A stretch of 35,243 bases of DNA, taken from the IMG/VR virus record IMGVR_UViG_3300045988_131290. One strand, 5' to 3'. This DNA is from a virus. The notes beneath the pieces were generated by a model. That model was not told where the DNA came from. It worked only from the letters and a program-made list of their open reading frames with translations, and did not search any database. Made by a program: the position numbers and the translations under genes. Position 1 is the first letter of the stretch. Every line of letters starts with the position of its first letter. This document shows positions 6,239 to 16,002 of this stretch, piece after piece.

Positions 6239-6465
6239 TACTTTTTTAGACATTTTATCTAATTTATTTAAGATTAAATATCTAGTATTAATTGAATCAA
6301 TAACCTTTTCTAAATGTGAGTAAAAAAGATCTACTTTGTATCAAATAAAATAATATCCCTTTGATAATCTAGTTATATATCGTATCCCTAAAATCATAAA
6401 AAATAGAAAAAAAGAAATTTATTGTTTTCGAAAAAATGAAGTGTCGCTCGGTACGAGCTTACAAC

Positions 6466-6549
6466 AACCGATATTTTAATTTTATAGTATTTTATTTTTA
6501 TTATATTTTATTTTTATGTCGTGGATAAACCGATATAGACATATCGGTT
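6466..6549. repeat. Origin-like element: three AACCGATAT boxes flanking a ~45-bp almost pure A/T tract
   Basis: AACCGATAT at 6466..6474 and 6528..6536, and inverted as ATATCGGTT at 6541..6549. TATTTTATTTTTA is directly repeated at 6488..6500 and 6504..6516. Confidence 0.45.
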
Positions 6550-6635
6550 ATAGGTATATCCGACAACGGTCAGTTCGAGTAATTCCAACGTGTGTACCGA
6601 AACGGAAAGTTCTTCGAGAATCCTTGTTTTTCGAA

Positions 6636-6666
6636 AATAAAAAATAGGGAGATCCGAAAATCTCCC
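6636..6666 (-). terminator. Rho-independent terminator of the lysis cassette / late operon
   Basis: gggagat (6647..6653) pairs with atctccc (6660..6666). On the minus strand a T-run follows (ctattttttatttt). Confidence 0.8.
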
Positions 6667-6676
6667 ATGTGTTTTA

Positions 6677-6964
6677 TCACTTATTTTTATTTAATTTTGT
6701 CGATATTGTTGCCGCATCACCTAAATTATTTGATTTTAAAGCAGACCATAATTCCTCACCATAAAAACCGACACCACTCGAAATTATGGCAGTAGTGAAT
6801 CCCTCAACAGAGGGATCAATCAGTAAACCGATTATTGTCCCAACCAATATACATATTATAGCCTGTAAAGACTCTTGCAGCGGTGGTTGGTATTTAGATA
6901 CTATCAATTTTACGATCATAACTATTACAACGACTTCAAATAAACTTTTAACTGATATATCCAT
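6677..6964 (-). CDS. Holin (small two-TM protein with a charged C-terminus)
   Basis: TM segments FEVVVIVMIVKLIV and AIICILVGTIIGLLI, with a basic tail KLNKNK. Its start overlaps the endolysin stop (TAATG). Confidence 0.75.
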   Translation of the reverse strand: MDISVKSLFEVVVIVMIVKLIVSKYQPPLQESLQAIICILVGTIIGLLIDPSVEGFTTAIISSGVGFYGEELWSALKSNNLGDAATISTKLNKNK

Positions 6965-7686
6965 TATTTAACCAACCTTTCTACATACTTAGATCCAAGA
7001 CTTATCCAGCCTAAACCACTTTTTAATTTACCCCAGTTATTTTTGATCTCAACGATTGTATATGCGTCACCCTTCTTTAATTCGCCAACTTTATCATAAG
7101 AAGTTCCAGCACCTTTTCTCACGTTTAGACTATCACATATTATTTTAACAACGAAAGGTGTTAGATCTTCTGATTTAAATTTACTTATTCTATTTTTAAA
7201 TTTAGTTAAATTACCGTCACGATCAATGATCACTTGCGGACAATATTTACCCGTATAATCTTTGTGCATTTTAACCTTGCTAATATCTTTTATATTTAAT
7301 AAATTCATTAATTCAAGTACTAATGCGATTGCATTGTCCTCTGCTTGTTTTTGTTTAACCTCGTCTTTGAACATACATATTTCAATACCAACTGCTTTCG
7401 AATTGTAGTTTCCGATATGCCATGCTTTTTTATGAGTATCAACAAGTTGGTAGATTTCTTTATCATCAACTACGAAATGATAACTTGCTTGCCAACTTGG
7501 ATTTTCTTTGTTAAATCTCTTTAATGCAGTCGCATAATTCGCAGCTGGGACGTTCCAATCTCCTGTATTATGAATTGCTATTTCTGTTGGTGTTATTGAT
7601 TGATTTGGTATACAATAACCTTTTGGTAGTATGTCAACTATAACCTTTGCTTTGTGTAATGTTGTATTATTTTTTAATGTAGCCAT
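6964..7686 (-). CDS. Endolysin: N-acetylmuramoyl-L-alanine amidase (Amidase_2/PGRP) with a C-terminal SH3b domain
   Basis: IAIHNTGDW ... SYHFVVDD ... AWHIGN ... GIEICM ... HKDYTGKYCPQ. C-terminal LNVRKGAGTSYDKVGELKKGDAYTIVEIKNNWGKL. Confidence 0.85.
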   Translation of the reverse strand: MATLKNNTTLHKAKVIVDILPKGYCIPNQSITPTEIAIHNTGDWNVPAANYATALKRFNKENPSWQASYHFVVDDKEIYQLVDTHKKAWHIGNYNSKAVGIEICMFKDEVKQKQAEDNAIALVLELMNLLNIKDISKVKMHKDYTGKYCPQVIIDRDGNLTKFKNRISKFKSEDLTPFVVKIICDSLNVRKGAGTSYDKVGELKKGDAYTIVEIKNNWGKLKSGLGWISLGSKYVERLVK

Positions 7687-7701
7687 ATTAATATTTCCCT
7701 T

Positions 7702-9885
7702 CTAATTTTCCAATACACTTGGATATAATTCTGTTTTTGATGTTTCTTTCACTTTGTAGTATCTTGTTGCGATACCTTTATTCGTTGGAACATAATGCAA
7801 TACAATATTAAATGCTTGTATATATACTGCATTAGTTGTCGTACAAAAAGCCCTAATTGAAAACGTAACATCTTCTGTTCTTGATGCCGAAGTTCCGTTA
7901 TAACAAGTCGGGAACCCCATGATCGTCGCTGCAACTGGGATTATATAATCTTGCCCACCTTTCAGCGACATTACTATTTCACCTCTTGATTGATCTTGTA
8001 CTGAACTTTGATTTTGTCCCGTTGAATACTGTTGGTATAGTGTCGGCTGTAAATGTAGTGTTGAATCTGCTTTACACTTAACTTTGATCCAGCCATTAGC
8101 AGTAACCGTATATTGAGAATCTAAACTTTGTGTGATCTTAGATGCAGCCATTGTCGAATATGTTTTATTCGTAGATGAATTTAATAATCTCCACCCGTCC
8201 GAACTATAACGATTACTATCTTCTGTTGACTTTGAACTGTCAGCATAGAAATAATGATGTGTTGTAAATGGTTCAACTAATTTAGTACGTTTATCTCTCG
8301 AATTTTTAACCATAACTAAAATTGTGTTAACGAAATATTCAACGTAACGAGTCATTAAGAAATTGTTACGTTTACCTCCATATGCCGAGTTATTCCATTC
8401 GGGATTTAGTGCTTGTGTACCTATTACATATGATGCCCAACACGACATACTCGGTAGATTACTAGATGCAAATATAACTCTTTCATCTTCTCCATTATCG
8501 GGATCTAATGTTGATAACATTTCGGATAGTTGAGTTATGCAGTTATCCCTAAATCTTGGATAATATACAACCTTTTCTGCTTGAATTGTAGTCAAAGTGT
8601 GCCAATCTATTGACCCACAAAAAGTTTTGACTTCGGAAAGATCTTGTATTAAATCACGCATGATTTGACTTTCTTTTTCAGAAAATGGTGCAGTACCTTT
8701 ATAATTCGTCTGTCCTTCAGAGGCATTTGTTGAGTACTCATTCCATAAATACTCAAAGTTTCTATTAAGATCCACGCCCCTTGAATTTTGACGTTTTGAA
8801 TTTACGAATCCCCAAGGGTTACATATTGGAACGATTACAAGTTTAACTTGTTGTTTTAAGTACAGCAAGTTTGGATCGCTCACATTGTCAGCACATAGCA
8901 ACTCTAAAAACCTACATAGTCCATAGAATGATGTATACTCGTTCCCATGTAAGCAGCAAGTGATTAGTAATGTCTTATCATAACTATCGGGCGTAAGTTC
9001 ATATTTGTAAATATCATATGTATTCGATTGATCTTTACCTAATGAAGTACGTTTTATGTACGTTGGATTAGCCGCTCTAATCGGTTCTAAGATCCAATTT
9101 AAACTGTCATTATAATTATGATCACTTGGCACACCGTTCGAATCTAACTCTGTCCCAAGAATTGTTGGTGGAGTGTACCAATCGGGTAATCGAGAAATTC
9201 CCCCCTTATTTATAATGGTAGTTCCTCCGCCGCTGCCTCCTGTTCCACTTTCTAAAGATGCGACTCTATTAGTTAAATCGCTGATCTTTTCAACTAGGGC
9301 CGCATTTTCAGCATTTAAGTTATTAGTTACTTGTTTAATATTTGTGATTTCTGTTGTGACAGTTTGAATATCGCCTCGTAACTGTTCATTATCAATCTTT
9401 AATTGTCCCGTAGAGCTTTCTAAATCAGTTAGTCGTTTTTGTGCATCTGCTAATCCTCCGACTGTGTTTATAATATCCTGTAATGCTCCAAACTCATTAC
9501 TTGATTGGATTGCGTCGTCGTCCCTAAGAGATTTGACGACCTCAAAATCTAAAATAAACGTAGATATTTCTTGATCATCTAGTGAAATTCCTAATTCAAC
9601 TTTTATTATCCCTTCAATTGCTCTACTGTTAGTCGTAAAGTCCAACAAGGCATACTCATTATCTATGATCGGACACGTTATATATGATACTGTGTCGTCG
9701 GGTTTCTTAATAAAAGCCCTACATGAAATACCCGTCAGATCTAATAGTTGCCCGTTATATGAAAATTTAATTTTTCTTCGTCTTGTATTTATATCTTTTT
9801 CTTTTAATTTCCCACCGAATATATGCTGATCATTTGAAAGATCTAACACTATTACCTCGGGTTCGAATTTATCTACTAACTTCAT
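7702..9885 (-). CDS. Tail fibre / receptor-binding protein: BppU-like N-domain, coiled coil, Gly-rich linker, M14 zinc-carboxypeptidase-like domain, beta-rich C-terminus
   Basis: Preferred start is MKLVDKF at 9885 (RBS GGAGGA, 6 nt upstream). M14 motifs: CCLHGNEYTS (HxxE), NPWGF, RGVDLNRNF, SIDWHT. Confidence 0.75.
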   Translation of the reverse strand: MKLVDKFEPEVIVLDLSNDQHIFGGKLKEKDINTRRRKIKFSYNGQLLDLTGISCRAFIKKPDDTVSYITCPIIDNEYALLDFTTNSRAIEGIIKVELGISLDDQEISTFILDFEVVKSLRDDDAIQSSNEFGALQDIINTVGGLADAQKRLTDLESSTGQLKIDNEQLRGDIQTVTTEITNIKQVTNNLNAENAALVEKISDLTNRVASLESGTGGSGGGTTIINKGGISRLPDWYTPPTILGTELDSNGVPSDHNYNDSLNWILEPIRAANPTYIKRTSLGKDQSNTYDIYKYELTPDSYDKTLLITCCLHGNEYTSFYGLCRFLELLCADNVSDPNLLYLKQQVKLVIVPICNPWGFVNSKRQNSRGVDLNRNFEYLWNEYSTNASEGQTNYKGTAPFSEKESQIMRDLIQDLSEVKTFCGSIDWHTLTTIQAEKVVYYPRFRDNCITQLSEMLSTLDPDNGEDERVIFASSNLPSMSCWASYVIGTQALNPEWNNSAYGGKRNNFLMTRYVEYFVNTILVMVKNSRDKRTKLVEPFTTHHYFYADSSKSTEDSNRYSSDGWRLLNSSTNKTYSTMAASKITQSLDSQYTVTANGWIKVKCKADSTLHLQPTLYQQYSTGQNQSSVQDQSRGEIVMSLKGGQDYIIPVAATIMGFPTCYNGTSASRTEDVTFSIRAFCTTTNAVYIQAFNIVLHYVPTNKGIATRYYKVKETSKTELYPSVLEN

Positions 9886-12157
9886 TGTCTTCCTCCATTT
9901 TTCTAAGTCGCTCTTGCTCGAAACCTCTACGTTTAGCAGTAACGACATATTTAAAAGTAAAGTCGCAGCAATCAGACTCGACTATAAAATGATCTCTAGT
10001 TTGTTCTAATACCCTAAAGTCACCCCAACCTTGCTTTATAATTTCAACAGTATAATCAATATCAGTATTAACGCACTCCATGAAAACTGGATCTAAGTCT
10101 ATACGACGTATAAATCTACCTTTCGAATCTATTTCCACATCAAATATTTGTGACGATCTATCAGTCAAATAGTTTTCTGCATCTTCGACTGCGTAGAAGG
10201 ATCTCACTCCGTAGTTATCGGTTTGTTGTACACAATTCTTAGTGCCACTAACTGATAACGAACCATTAACTCTCACGTCACCACTAAACCCAGCATAATC
10301 CTTAGATTTATTGAAATACATTAAGTAATTACCGTCTGAATCCCAAATACCTAATTCTCCATTAATTGTTCGTTGTATACAATGCTCCCCAAAATATGCT
10401 CTCGCACCGTAAAAGTCGACGTGTTCATAAATAGTAATTGGGTGCGGTGAATCCTCGGTGGCTCTTACATTATACTTATCAAACGTAATGTAAGAGTGTG
10501 CATTACTACTGTTGGTCGCTGACTCGTATGAAATAGCATTGTAACCGTGTGGTTTGTGCGTAAATGCCACCCCAGCCACTATTTTATTGTTACTTTCAAC
10601 AACTGACTGTATTGCACCAACAATTCCGTTATTCCCTTTCCAATCGTACATATAAATATTATTACCTTTGATTTTTATAGCATCTTGATTGTTATTTCGG
10701 AAGATCATTCCGTTGTCACGACTTAAATCCATTTGAAACGTTCCCGACGTGTTTTGGATCATAACCGCACTAAGTACACCCGCAACGATTTGATCGGCAA
10801 CGAATCCTTGACCTGTACCGAATGTTGACCACTTCCAACCTCGACCGTCCTCGGTCCTTTCCGATGCAATCTCAAATCCCATAGTTCCAAGCGACATAGC
10901 CCCAAACGTTGGCGACTCGGGGTCTAAATCCTCAAATAAAATAGCTCTAACGTGCTGCTTTTCGGCCACGTCCCTTTGAGCCTTGAATTGAGTATTTAAT
11001 GCGTTGATCGTACCGTTGATACTTGATCCCGCAACTGTTCCATTTTTATTCAAAATATTATTTAGTTTCTCATTCGTTGATGTTGCAATCTCAACAAAAC
11101 CGCCCACTATATCCCCGACCGTTAAACTAGAATATTCCTCTTTTAAGCAGTCGTAAGTATACGCAGTTATTCGTGATGTAACATCAATGTTCAATGGATC
11201 ATAGTGTAATTGAACTCGATCTCCTAAACCAACATTTAAAAGATTTTCGAACCCTTTAAATTCCTCCATATGCTCCAAAGTTGTGATATTGAATGTAATC
11301 GACATGGTCGGTTTATCTAAACCGTCATCATATAATTGTTTAACTGCTTTTCTTAAAGCAGCATATAATTGATCTTCTGTGTTAAAAACTAGGTCGTTCT
11401 CCCCATATTCTTCGTCCTCTCCAAAGTCACTAACCAACTTGTAGTTATCAAAAGCTACTACGTCCTCGTAGATCTCTTTGTAAGCTCCGATTAATGGACT
11501 ATCGACGAATCCCTCGGGAATAGTTCTACCTCCATATGCCAATGGCATAACTCTAGTTAGTACCTTAGATGTATTGCTGTTATCTTCAATTGATGTAATA
11601 TCTTTGTTGTATTCAAATCTATATCCAGTATCAATTCCGATCCTATCATTAACATAAATGTCAAAGTTATCAATGAATAACTCCCCGCCGATCCTACTCA
11701 TAAACGAGTTGTCGTCATCACTCATGATTGCATCTAATAATTGTCTTCTTATTAAGTGACTCGTATATCTTGCGGTAATATCAGAATGACCTTTGAATTG
11801 TGTCCCTTCAAGGATCTTATCAAGTGCTTGTTGACCGTTCGCATCAGTTGGACGCACATCAACAAGTACTCTCTTAGTTCCTAAGAAAAGTGGAACACCT
11901 GTAACGGTGATCTCGTCCTCTGTCTGCATCACGTCTTTAACTATGTAAAGCTGATCTTGTATGTTTGGAGCTGGAACTTTGAGAACACATTCCTTTTCAA
12001 GATACTTCCACCTACCCTCCTTGTCGATTGGGTGAACTAATGTAATTGCGTTGGTACTATTTAAAGTGACGTCAAGTTCACATGACGTACAATTTATAAG
12101 AGTCATATCTCCATTTTGAGTAAAATCTCTATTTGTAGCAGCATAAACCTGTATCAT
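9869..12157 (-). CDS. Tail-associated lysin-like protein (Tal; prophage tail endopeptidase family)
   Basis: Sits after Dit. N-terminus MIQVYAATNRDFTQNGDMTL is typical of the siphovirus minor structural protein N-terminal region. Confidence 0.7.
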   Translation of the reverse strand: MIQVYAATNRDFTQNGDMTLINCTSCELDVTLNSTNAITLVHPIDKEGRWKYLEKECVLKVPAPNIQDQLYIVKDVMQTEDEITVTGVPLFLGTKRVLVDVRPTDANGQQALDKILEGTQFKGHSDITARYTSHLIRRQLLDAIMSDDDNSFMSRIGGELFIDNFDIYVNDRIGIDTGYRFEYNKDITSIEDNSNTSKVLTRVMPLAYGGRTIPEGFVDSPLIGAYKEIYEDVVAFDNYKLVSDFGEDEEYGENDLVFNTEDQLYAALRKAVKQLYDDGLDKPTMSITFNITTLEHMEEFKGFENLLNVGLGDRVQLHYDPLNIDVTSRITAYTYDCLKEEYSSLTVGDIVGGFVEIATSTNEKLNNILNKNGTVAGSSINGTINALNTQFKAQRDVAEKQHVRAILFEDLDPESPTFGAMSLGTMGFEIASERTEDGRGWKWSTFGTGQGFVADQIVAGVLSAVMIQNTSGTFQMDLSRDNGMIFRNNNQDAIKIKGNNIYMYDWKGNNGIVGAIQSVVESNNKIVAGVAFTHKPHGYNAISYESATNSSNAHSYITFDKYNVRATEDSPHPITIYEHVDFYGARAYFGEHCIQRTINGELGIWDSDGNYLMYFNKSKDYAGFSGDVRVNGSLSVSGTKNCVQQTDNYGVRSFYAVEDAENYLTDRSSQIFDVEIDSKGRFIRRIDLDPVFMECVNTDIDYTVEIIKQGWGDFRVLEQTRDHFIVESDCCDFTFKYVVTAKRRGFEQERLRKMEEDNEVSR

Positions 12158-12159
12158 AT

Positions 12160-12870
12160 TTAGAAATATCTCCTATTCGTCATTATTGTAATTTTTTTAA
12201 CTGTCCCACCTGTCCCCCAAGTGATCTTGTTCTCTCCCTTCTCGAGAGTTGGATATTCACCGCTTAAACTTGTATTTTGATACGTTCCGTCGTCACGATA
12301 ACATAATTTCTTTTCGCTATCTATTGTAATATGTTTACTAACATTCACTTTGATCGTTTCATTATTAACATTTAGTGTAATCGCACCCTCACCTTCAATT
12401 CGTATAATAGGTTTAGCAGCAATCGCCCCGTCATTATGAATGATCATACCGTTAGATATAGGAATCGGATTTAGTTCACTTAATTTACGTCTAAAAGGTT
12501 CAACTATAAAGTTGACTTGACATTCTCCAAGATCTTGAAGGGTGCGACTAAATTCCGAATCTAACTCAATCGACTTAACAATGTAATAAAATTCTTTATC
12601 GTCTGCGAATATTAATTTATTATCTTTAATATCAATAAGCCATTCGTTCATTGATGATACTATCTTTCTAATGTGTTTATGGTCCATGATATTAAATGTG
12701 ACAGGAATCGAACCTTCATTATAACCTATGATCTTGCGATAAGTTGTACCGTCTGCAACCTCATAAGTTTCATAAATAGGAGTCACCAAGGGATAATTGA
12801 TTATACCCTTGACTTTAACCCCTATGTCCCTATTTGATTTATTATTAAACCATAAAGTCCCGTATTTCAT
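12160..12870 (-). CDS. Distal tail protein (Dit)
   Basis: Size (236 aa) and position between the tape measure and Tal. Confidence 0.65.
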   Translation of the reverse strand: MKYGTLWFNNKSNRDIGVKVKGIINYPLVTPIYETYEVADGTTYRKIIGYNEGSIPVTFNIMDHKHIRKIVSSMNEWLIDIKDNKLIFADDKEFYYIVKSIELDSEFSRTLQDLGECQVNFIVEPFRRKLSELNPIPISNGMIIHNDGAIAAKPIIRIEGEGAITLNVNNETIKVNVSKHITIDSEKKLCYRDDGTYQNTSLSGEYPTLEKGENKITWGTGGTVKKITIMTNRRYF

Positions 12871-12872
12871 AT

Positions 12873-15737
12873 TTAAAATCCTTTCGCCAATTTACTTTGC
12901 ATATTTAACTTTTTAACTGTGTAGTTGTAAAAATCTTTTTTTAATTCAGTACCTCCAACGTTTACAATGACTTCTTGATTGTTTTCTAATAATTGAGTTT
13001 GTAATGTCATAAGATCCAACATCTTTTTAAACATACCCTCAATATTAGAACTTGATCCCGACGTCATATATCCGTTTACAGATTGTAAGGTATTACTCAA
13101 TTCACCATACGTCGTAGCAAGTGGTGTCGATCTCGTATAATAGGATCCACTCATAGCGACCGTCGAAAGGGGTTCAACTGCTGCAACTTCAACTCCAGCA
13201 TTAATGTCAAAGTCACGACTTCGACCAAACATAGCTTGAACTTTACCAACCACAGTTTTTGAAATCTTTCCAACTGTATTTGCTAATTTATCAAACCACT
13301 TGATAACCTCTTTCACGGGTGATAGAACGGTTTTCATAACATTCGACACGCCATTTTTGAATGAATTTAATTTACTTTTAACACTCGACCACATAGAACC
13401 AACCGCCTTACTCAACCCCTCCATAGCTGGTTTAAATAGATTTCGGTAAGCACTTTGTACCACGTTCATTACTGATGAAAAGACGTTCGCCAATGCAGTT
13501 AATAGTGGTTTAACTGCCGCCCACATTGTTTGAACGACAGATACTATGAACCCAAATACAGGTTTTCCGACTGTATTCCAAACTAATGAAATTGCATCAA
13601 TAGCTGACGTAAATGTAGATAACAATAATTTAATAAAAGGTATTGCATTTAAAATCGCAACCTCGATCACTTCTCCAAGTATTCTAAATAACGGTTGTCC
13701 CACCGTTTCCCAAATACTTTTTGCAGTTTCCCACAATCTCGAAAAAGCACCTTTAAGATCATCAAAGTACGGACTACATTCTTCAACGAGCTGACTTGTC
13801 GCATCTCTTATTCCGTCCCAATTCTCCTTTATTGCAAGTCCAAGTGCAATTGCGGCACCCGAAACAACTCCTAATACCGTTGCAACTGATCCGATTAAAG
13901 GGAGTAACGGAACTATTAAAGCGTTAAATCCAGCGACTAAAGCCGCAATCGTACCAACTGTTGTGGCTAACGCACCCAATACGACTAATACTCCGCCGAC
14001 TGCACCACCAACTAGACCAATCGCAGTCAATAATCCTTCGTTAGCTTGTCCCCATTCTGACATTGATGCCACTATTTCGGGAATAATATCAAGTAATGGA
14101 TCAAAGAAGTTTGTTATTGACTCACCTATTTTTTGAAATATATTGACGTCGATTGCTCTTTTTAGTCCCTCAAAAGCATCTGATAAACTATCATATCTAA
14201 CACGTGTTAATTGTTCAGCACTTTCATATGTTTGGTCGAAAGCACCTTCAATTCCACCCAATGCCTCTACTGCGTCAATCCCTAGATCTTCCGCCATAGT
14301 TCCGAATAATGTAACTGCTGCTTGATTTCGTTTGATAGGATCTTCAATATTTGACAATCCTTCTGTCATTTTCAGAAAGACTTCTTTCGCACTATCGCCA
14401 CCCTCTCCGAACTTCTTGAACATTTCGTCACTATTGTAACCCATGCTTTTAAAGACGTCGGCAACATCTTCGTCACATTCATTCATTTTAATAGTCATTT
14501 CTTTTATTGCATCACCGACTTTATCAATGGTGAATACCCCAGTTTCATTTGCACTTTGGAATACATTGAACATTTCCTCGGCACTCAAACCAGCAGCATC
14601 AAAATACACCGAATATTCGCTTATACTATCGGCTAATTCATCTGTATTATTTAAATTCGCTTGAACTCCTTGAATAATAAGATTAAACGCCTCGTCTGCG
14701 GTTAACCCAAACTCTTTCATCATTAACCTAGCGGCTTTTGTTGAGTCGGTTATATCCATATCAAAAGTATCCGCCATTGTCATCGCCATTTCGGTTACGT
14801 CTTGTAATTCATCGCCAGTAATATCCAAGTTTTGATAAACTGTTCTTACTGCCTCGGCAACGTCGTCCATGCCCTCCCCAAAGTTATCCGCATATATATT
14901 TTTTATTATGTCGCTAAATTCTTCGGCCTCGTCTGCGGTTAATCCCAAACTAGCATTGAATCTGTTCATGGCTCGTCGAGTTTCCTCGGACTGTTCAACC
15001 GTCCCCATTAACGCATCAACCATTGTGTTCCCAATGTCAGTTAATCTCTCACCAGCGTTACTAAGTCCGTCGGCAATCTCTGAAATGTCCCCACTAACTT
15101 CGTCCAATGAATCGCCCATATCTTCGGCACTATCACCCACGTCCTCCAATACACCTTCGAAATCTTTTAAACTTTGTCCCGCTTGTCTACCTTCATTCTC
15201 AAATTGATTGATCTCTCGTTCACATTGTTTAAGTTCATTCTCTAGTTTGTTAACTTCGGTTTGCGTATTATTTAACGTGGTTTTCATTCGTTCAAGTGCA
15301 TTATCCGCATTTAATACCGTATTGCGTTTTTTATCAAGTGCTTTTTCCGCCTCGGTTAAATCCTGTGATAGTTGTTTAACTTCCTTTGAATTTTCCCCGT
15401 AAGTTTGTTTGGCTTTTTCTAGTTCCTGTGATAACGCATTAACTTTATTCCTTTGTTCTTCATACGAAGATGATGCTTGATCTAATGTTGCTTTGCATTT
15501 TGATACTTGATCTTCATATATCGAAAACTTTTTCTTAGTATTTTCTAATGTTGAACTAAGCATCTTGAACTTAGCACTTTGGCCTTCTAATGTATTTTGG
15601 AAATCTTCGGACGTGGAGTTTAAAGTTTCAAATTCAGATTTAAGACGTTTGTTCGACGTGTTAATTGACTTGATCTGTTGAGTATACGAACTTGACTGTA
15701 ATGCCAACTTGACGGTTAATTGTTTAGTGTCTGACAT
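12873..15737 (-). CDS. Tail tape measure protein
   Basis: 954 aa. N-terminal coiled coils, a TP901-type core (TKAARLMMKEFGLTADEAFNLIIQG) and a central hydrophobic block. Follows the G/GT chaperones. Confidence 0.9.
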   Translation of the reverse strand: MSDTKQLTVKLALQSSSYTQQIKSINTSNKRLKSEFETLNSTSEDFQNTLEGQSAKFKMLSSTLENTKKKFSIYEDQVSKCKATLDQASSSYEEQRNKVNALSQELEKAKQTYGENSKEVKQLSQDLTEAEKALDKKRNTVLNADNALERMKTTLNNTQTEVNKLENELKQCEREINQFENEGRQAGQSLKDFEGVLEDVGDSAEDMGDSLDEVSGDISEIADGLSNAGERLTDIGNTMVDALMGTVEQSEETRRAMNRFNASLGLTADEAEEFSDIIKNIYADNFGEGMDDVAEAVRTVYQNLDITGDELQDVTEMAMTMADTFDMDITDSTKAARLMMKEFGLTADEAFNLIIQGVQANLNNTDELADSISEYSVYFDAAGLSAEEMFNVFQSANETGVFTIDKVGDAIKEMTIKMNECDEDVADVFKSMGYNSDEMFKKFGEGGDSAKEVFLKMTEGLSNIEDPIKRNQAAVTLFGTMAEDLGIDAVEALGGIEGAFDQTYESAEQLTRVRYDSLSDAFEGLKRAIDVNIFQKIGESITNFFDPLLDIIPEIVASMSEWGQANEGLLTAIGLVGGAVGGVLVVLGALATTVGTIAALVAGFNALIVPLLPLIGSVATVLGVVSGAAIALGLAIKENWDGIRDATSQLVEECSPYFDDLKGAFSRLWETAKSIWETVGQPLFRILGEVIEVAILNAIPFIKLLLSTFTSAIDAISLVWNTVGKPVFGFIVSVVQTMWAAVKPLLTALANVFSSVMNVVQSAYRNLFKPAMEGLSKAVGSMWSSVKSKLNSFKNGVSNVMKTVLSPVKEVIKWFDKLANTVGKISKTVVGKVQAMFGRSRDFDINAGVEVAAVEPLSTVAMSGSYYTRSTPLATTYGELSNTLQSVNGYMTSGSSSNIEGMFKKMLDLMTLQTQLLENNQEVIVNVGGTELKKDFYNYTVKKLNMQSKLAKGF

Positions 15738-15738
15738 A

Positions 15739-16002
15739 TTAACACCCTCCTATACTATCTAATACTTTATATCGTTTTACCTCGGTCCTAATATTTTCAC
15801 CTCGGTTATTACGTCTTGATCTTTGTCGATCTCGACTGTCATTTTTAGGTTTATTATATTTAGAGAATAACTCGAACTGTTCAAATAGAAATCTAGGAGA
15901 ACAGTCCCAAAATTCCTCGTCCCCCCATTTTAGAGTTGACTTTGCCAAATAATAAAGGTTTGATATATCAATAAACCCGTTTGAATCTTGATCTACTTTT
16001 TT
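15739..16002 (-). CDS. gpT-like extension, expressed as a G-T fusion by -1 frameshift
   Basis: The -1 frame from the slip site reads VDQDSNGFIDISNLYYLAKSTLKWGDEE..., continuous with ORF 15739..15948. That ORF has only a TTG start and no RBS of its own. Confidence 0.65.
   Translation of the reverse strand, partial: KKVDQDSNGFIDISNLYYLAKSTLKWGDEEFWDCSPRFLFEQFELFSKYNKPKNDSRDRQRSRRNNRGENIRTEVKRYKVLDSIGGC

Noticed and set aside
6271-6283. 13-bp exact repeat AGATTAAATATCT shared with 39..51 (the early promoter spacer)
   Set aside because: In a ~30% GC genome of 35 kb, dozens of exact 13-mers between AT-rich positions are expected by chance. There is no supporting context.
6560-6620. tRNA-like GTTCGAG T-loop motif and small hairpins in the large intergenic gap
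   Set aside because: No acceptor, D or anticodon arms can be drawn on either strand, so this is not a tRNA.
7749-7934. 61-aa minus-strand ORF nested in another frame of the fibre gene
   Set aside because: It lies entirely within the well-supported 7702..9885 CDS and has no RBS.
9886-9948. N-terminal extensions of ORF-track models (7702..9948, 5858..6253, 30254..31960, 35018..35212, 20492..21289)
   Set aside because: In each case an internal start has a much better GGAGG-type RBS. In some cases a predicted promoter or the upstream gene's coding region lies inside the extension.
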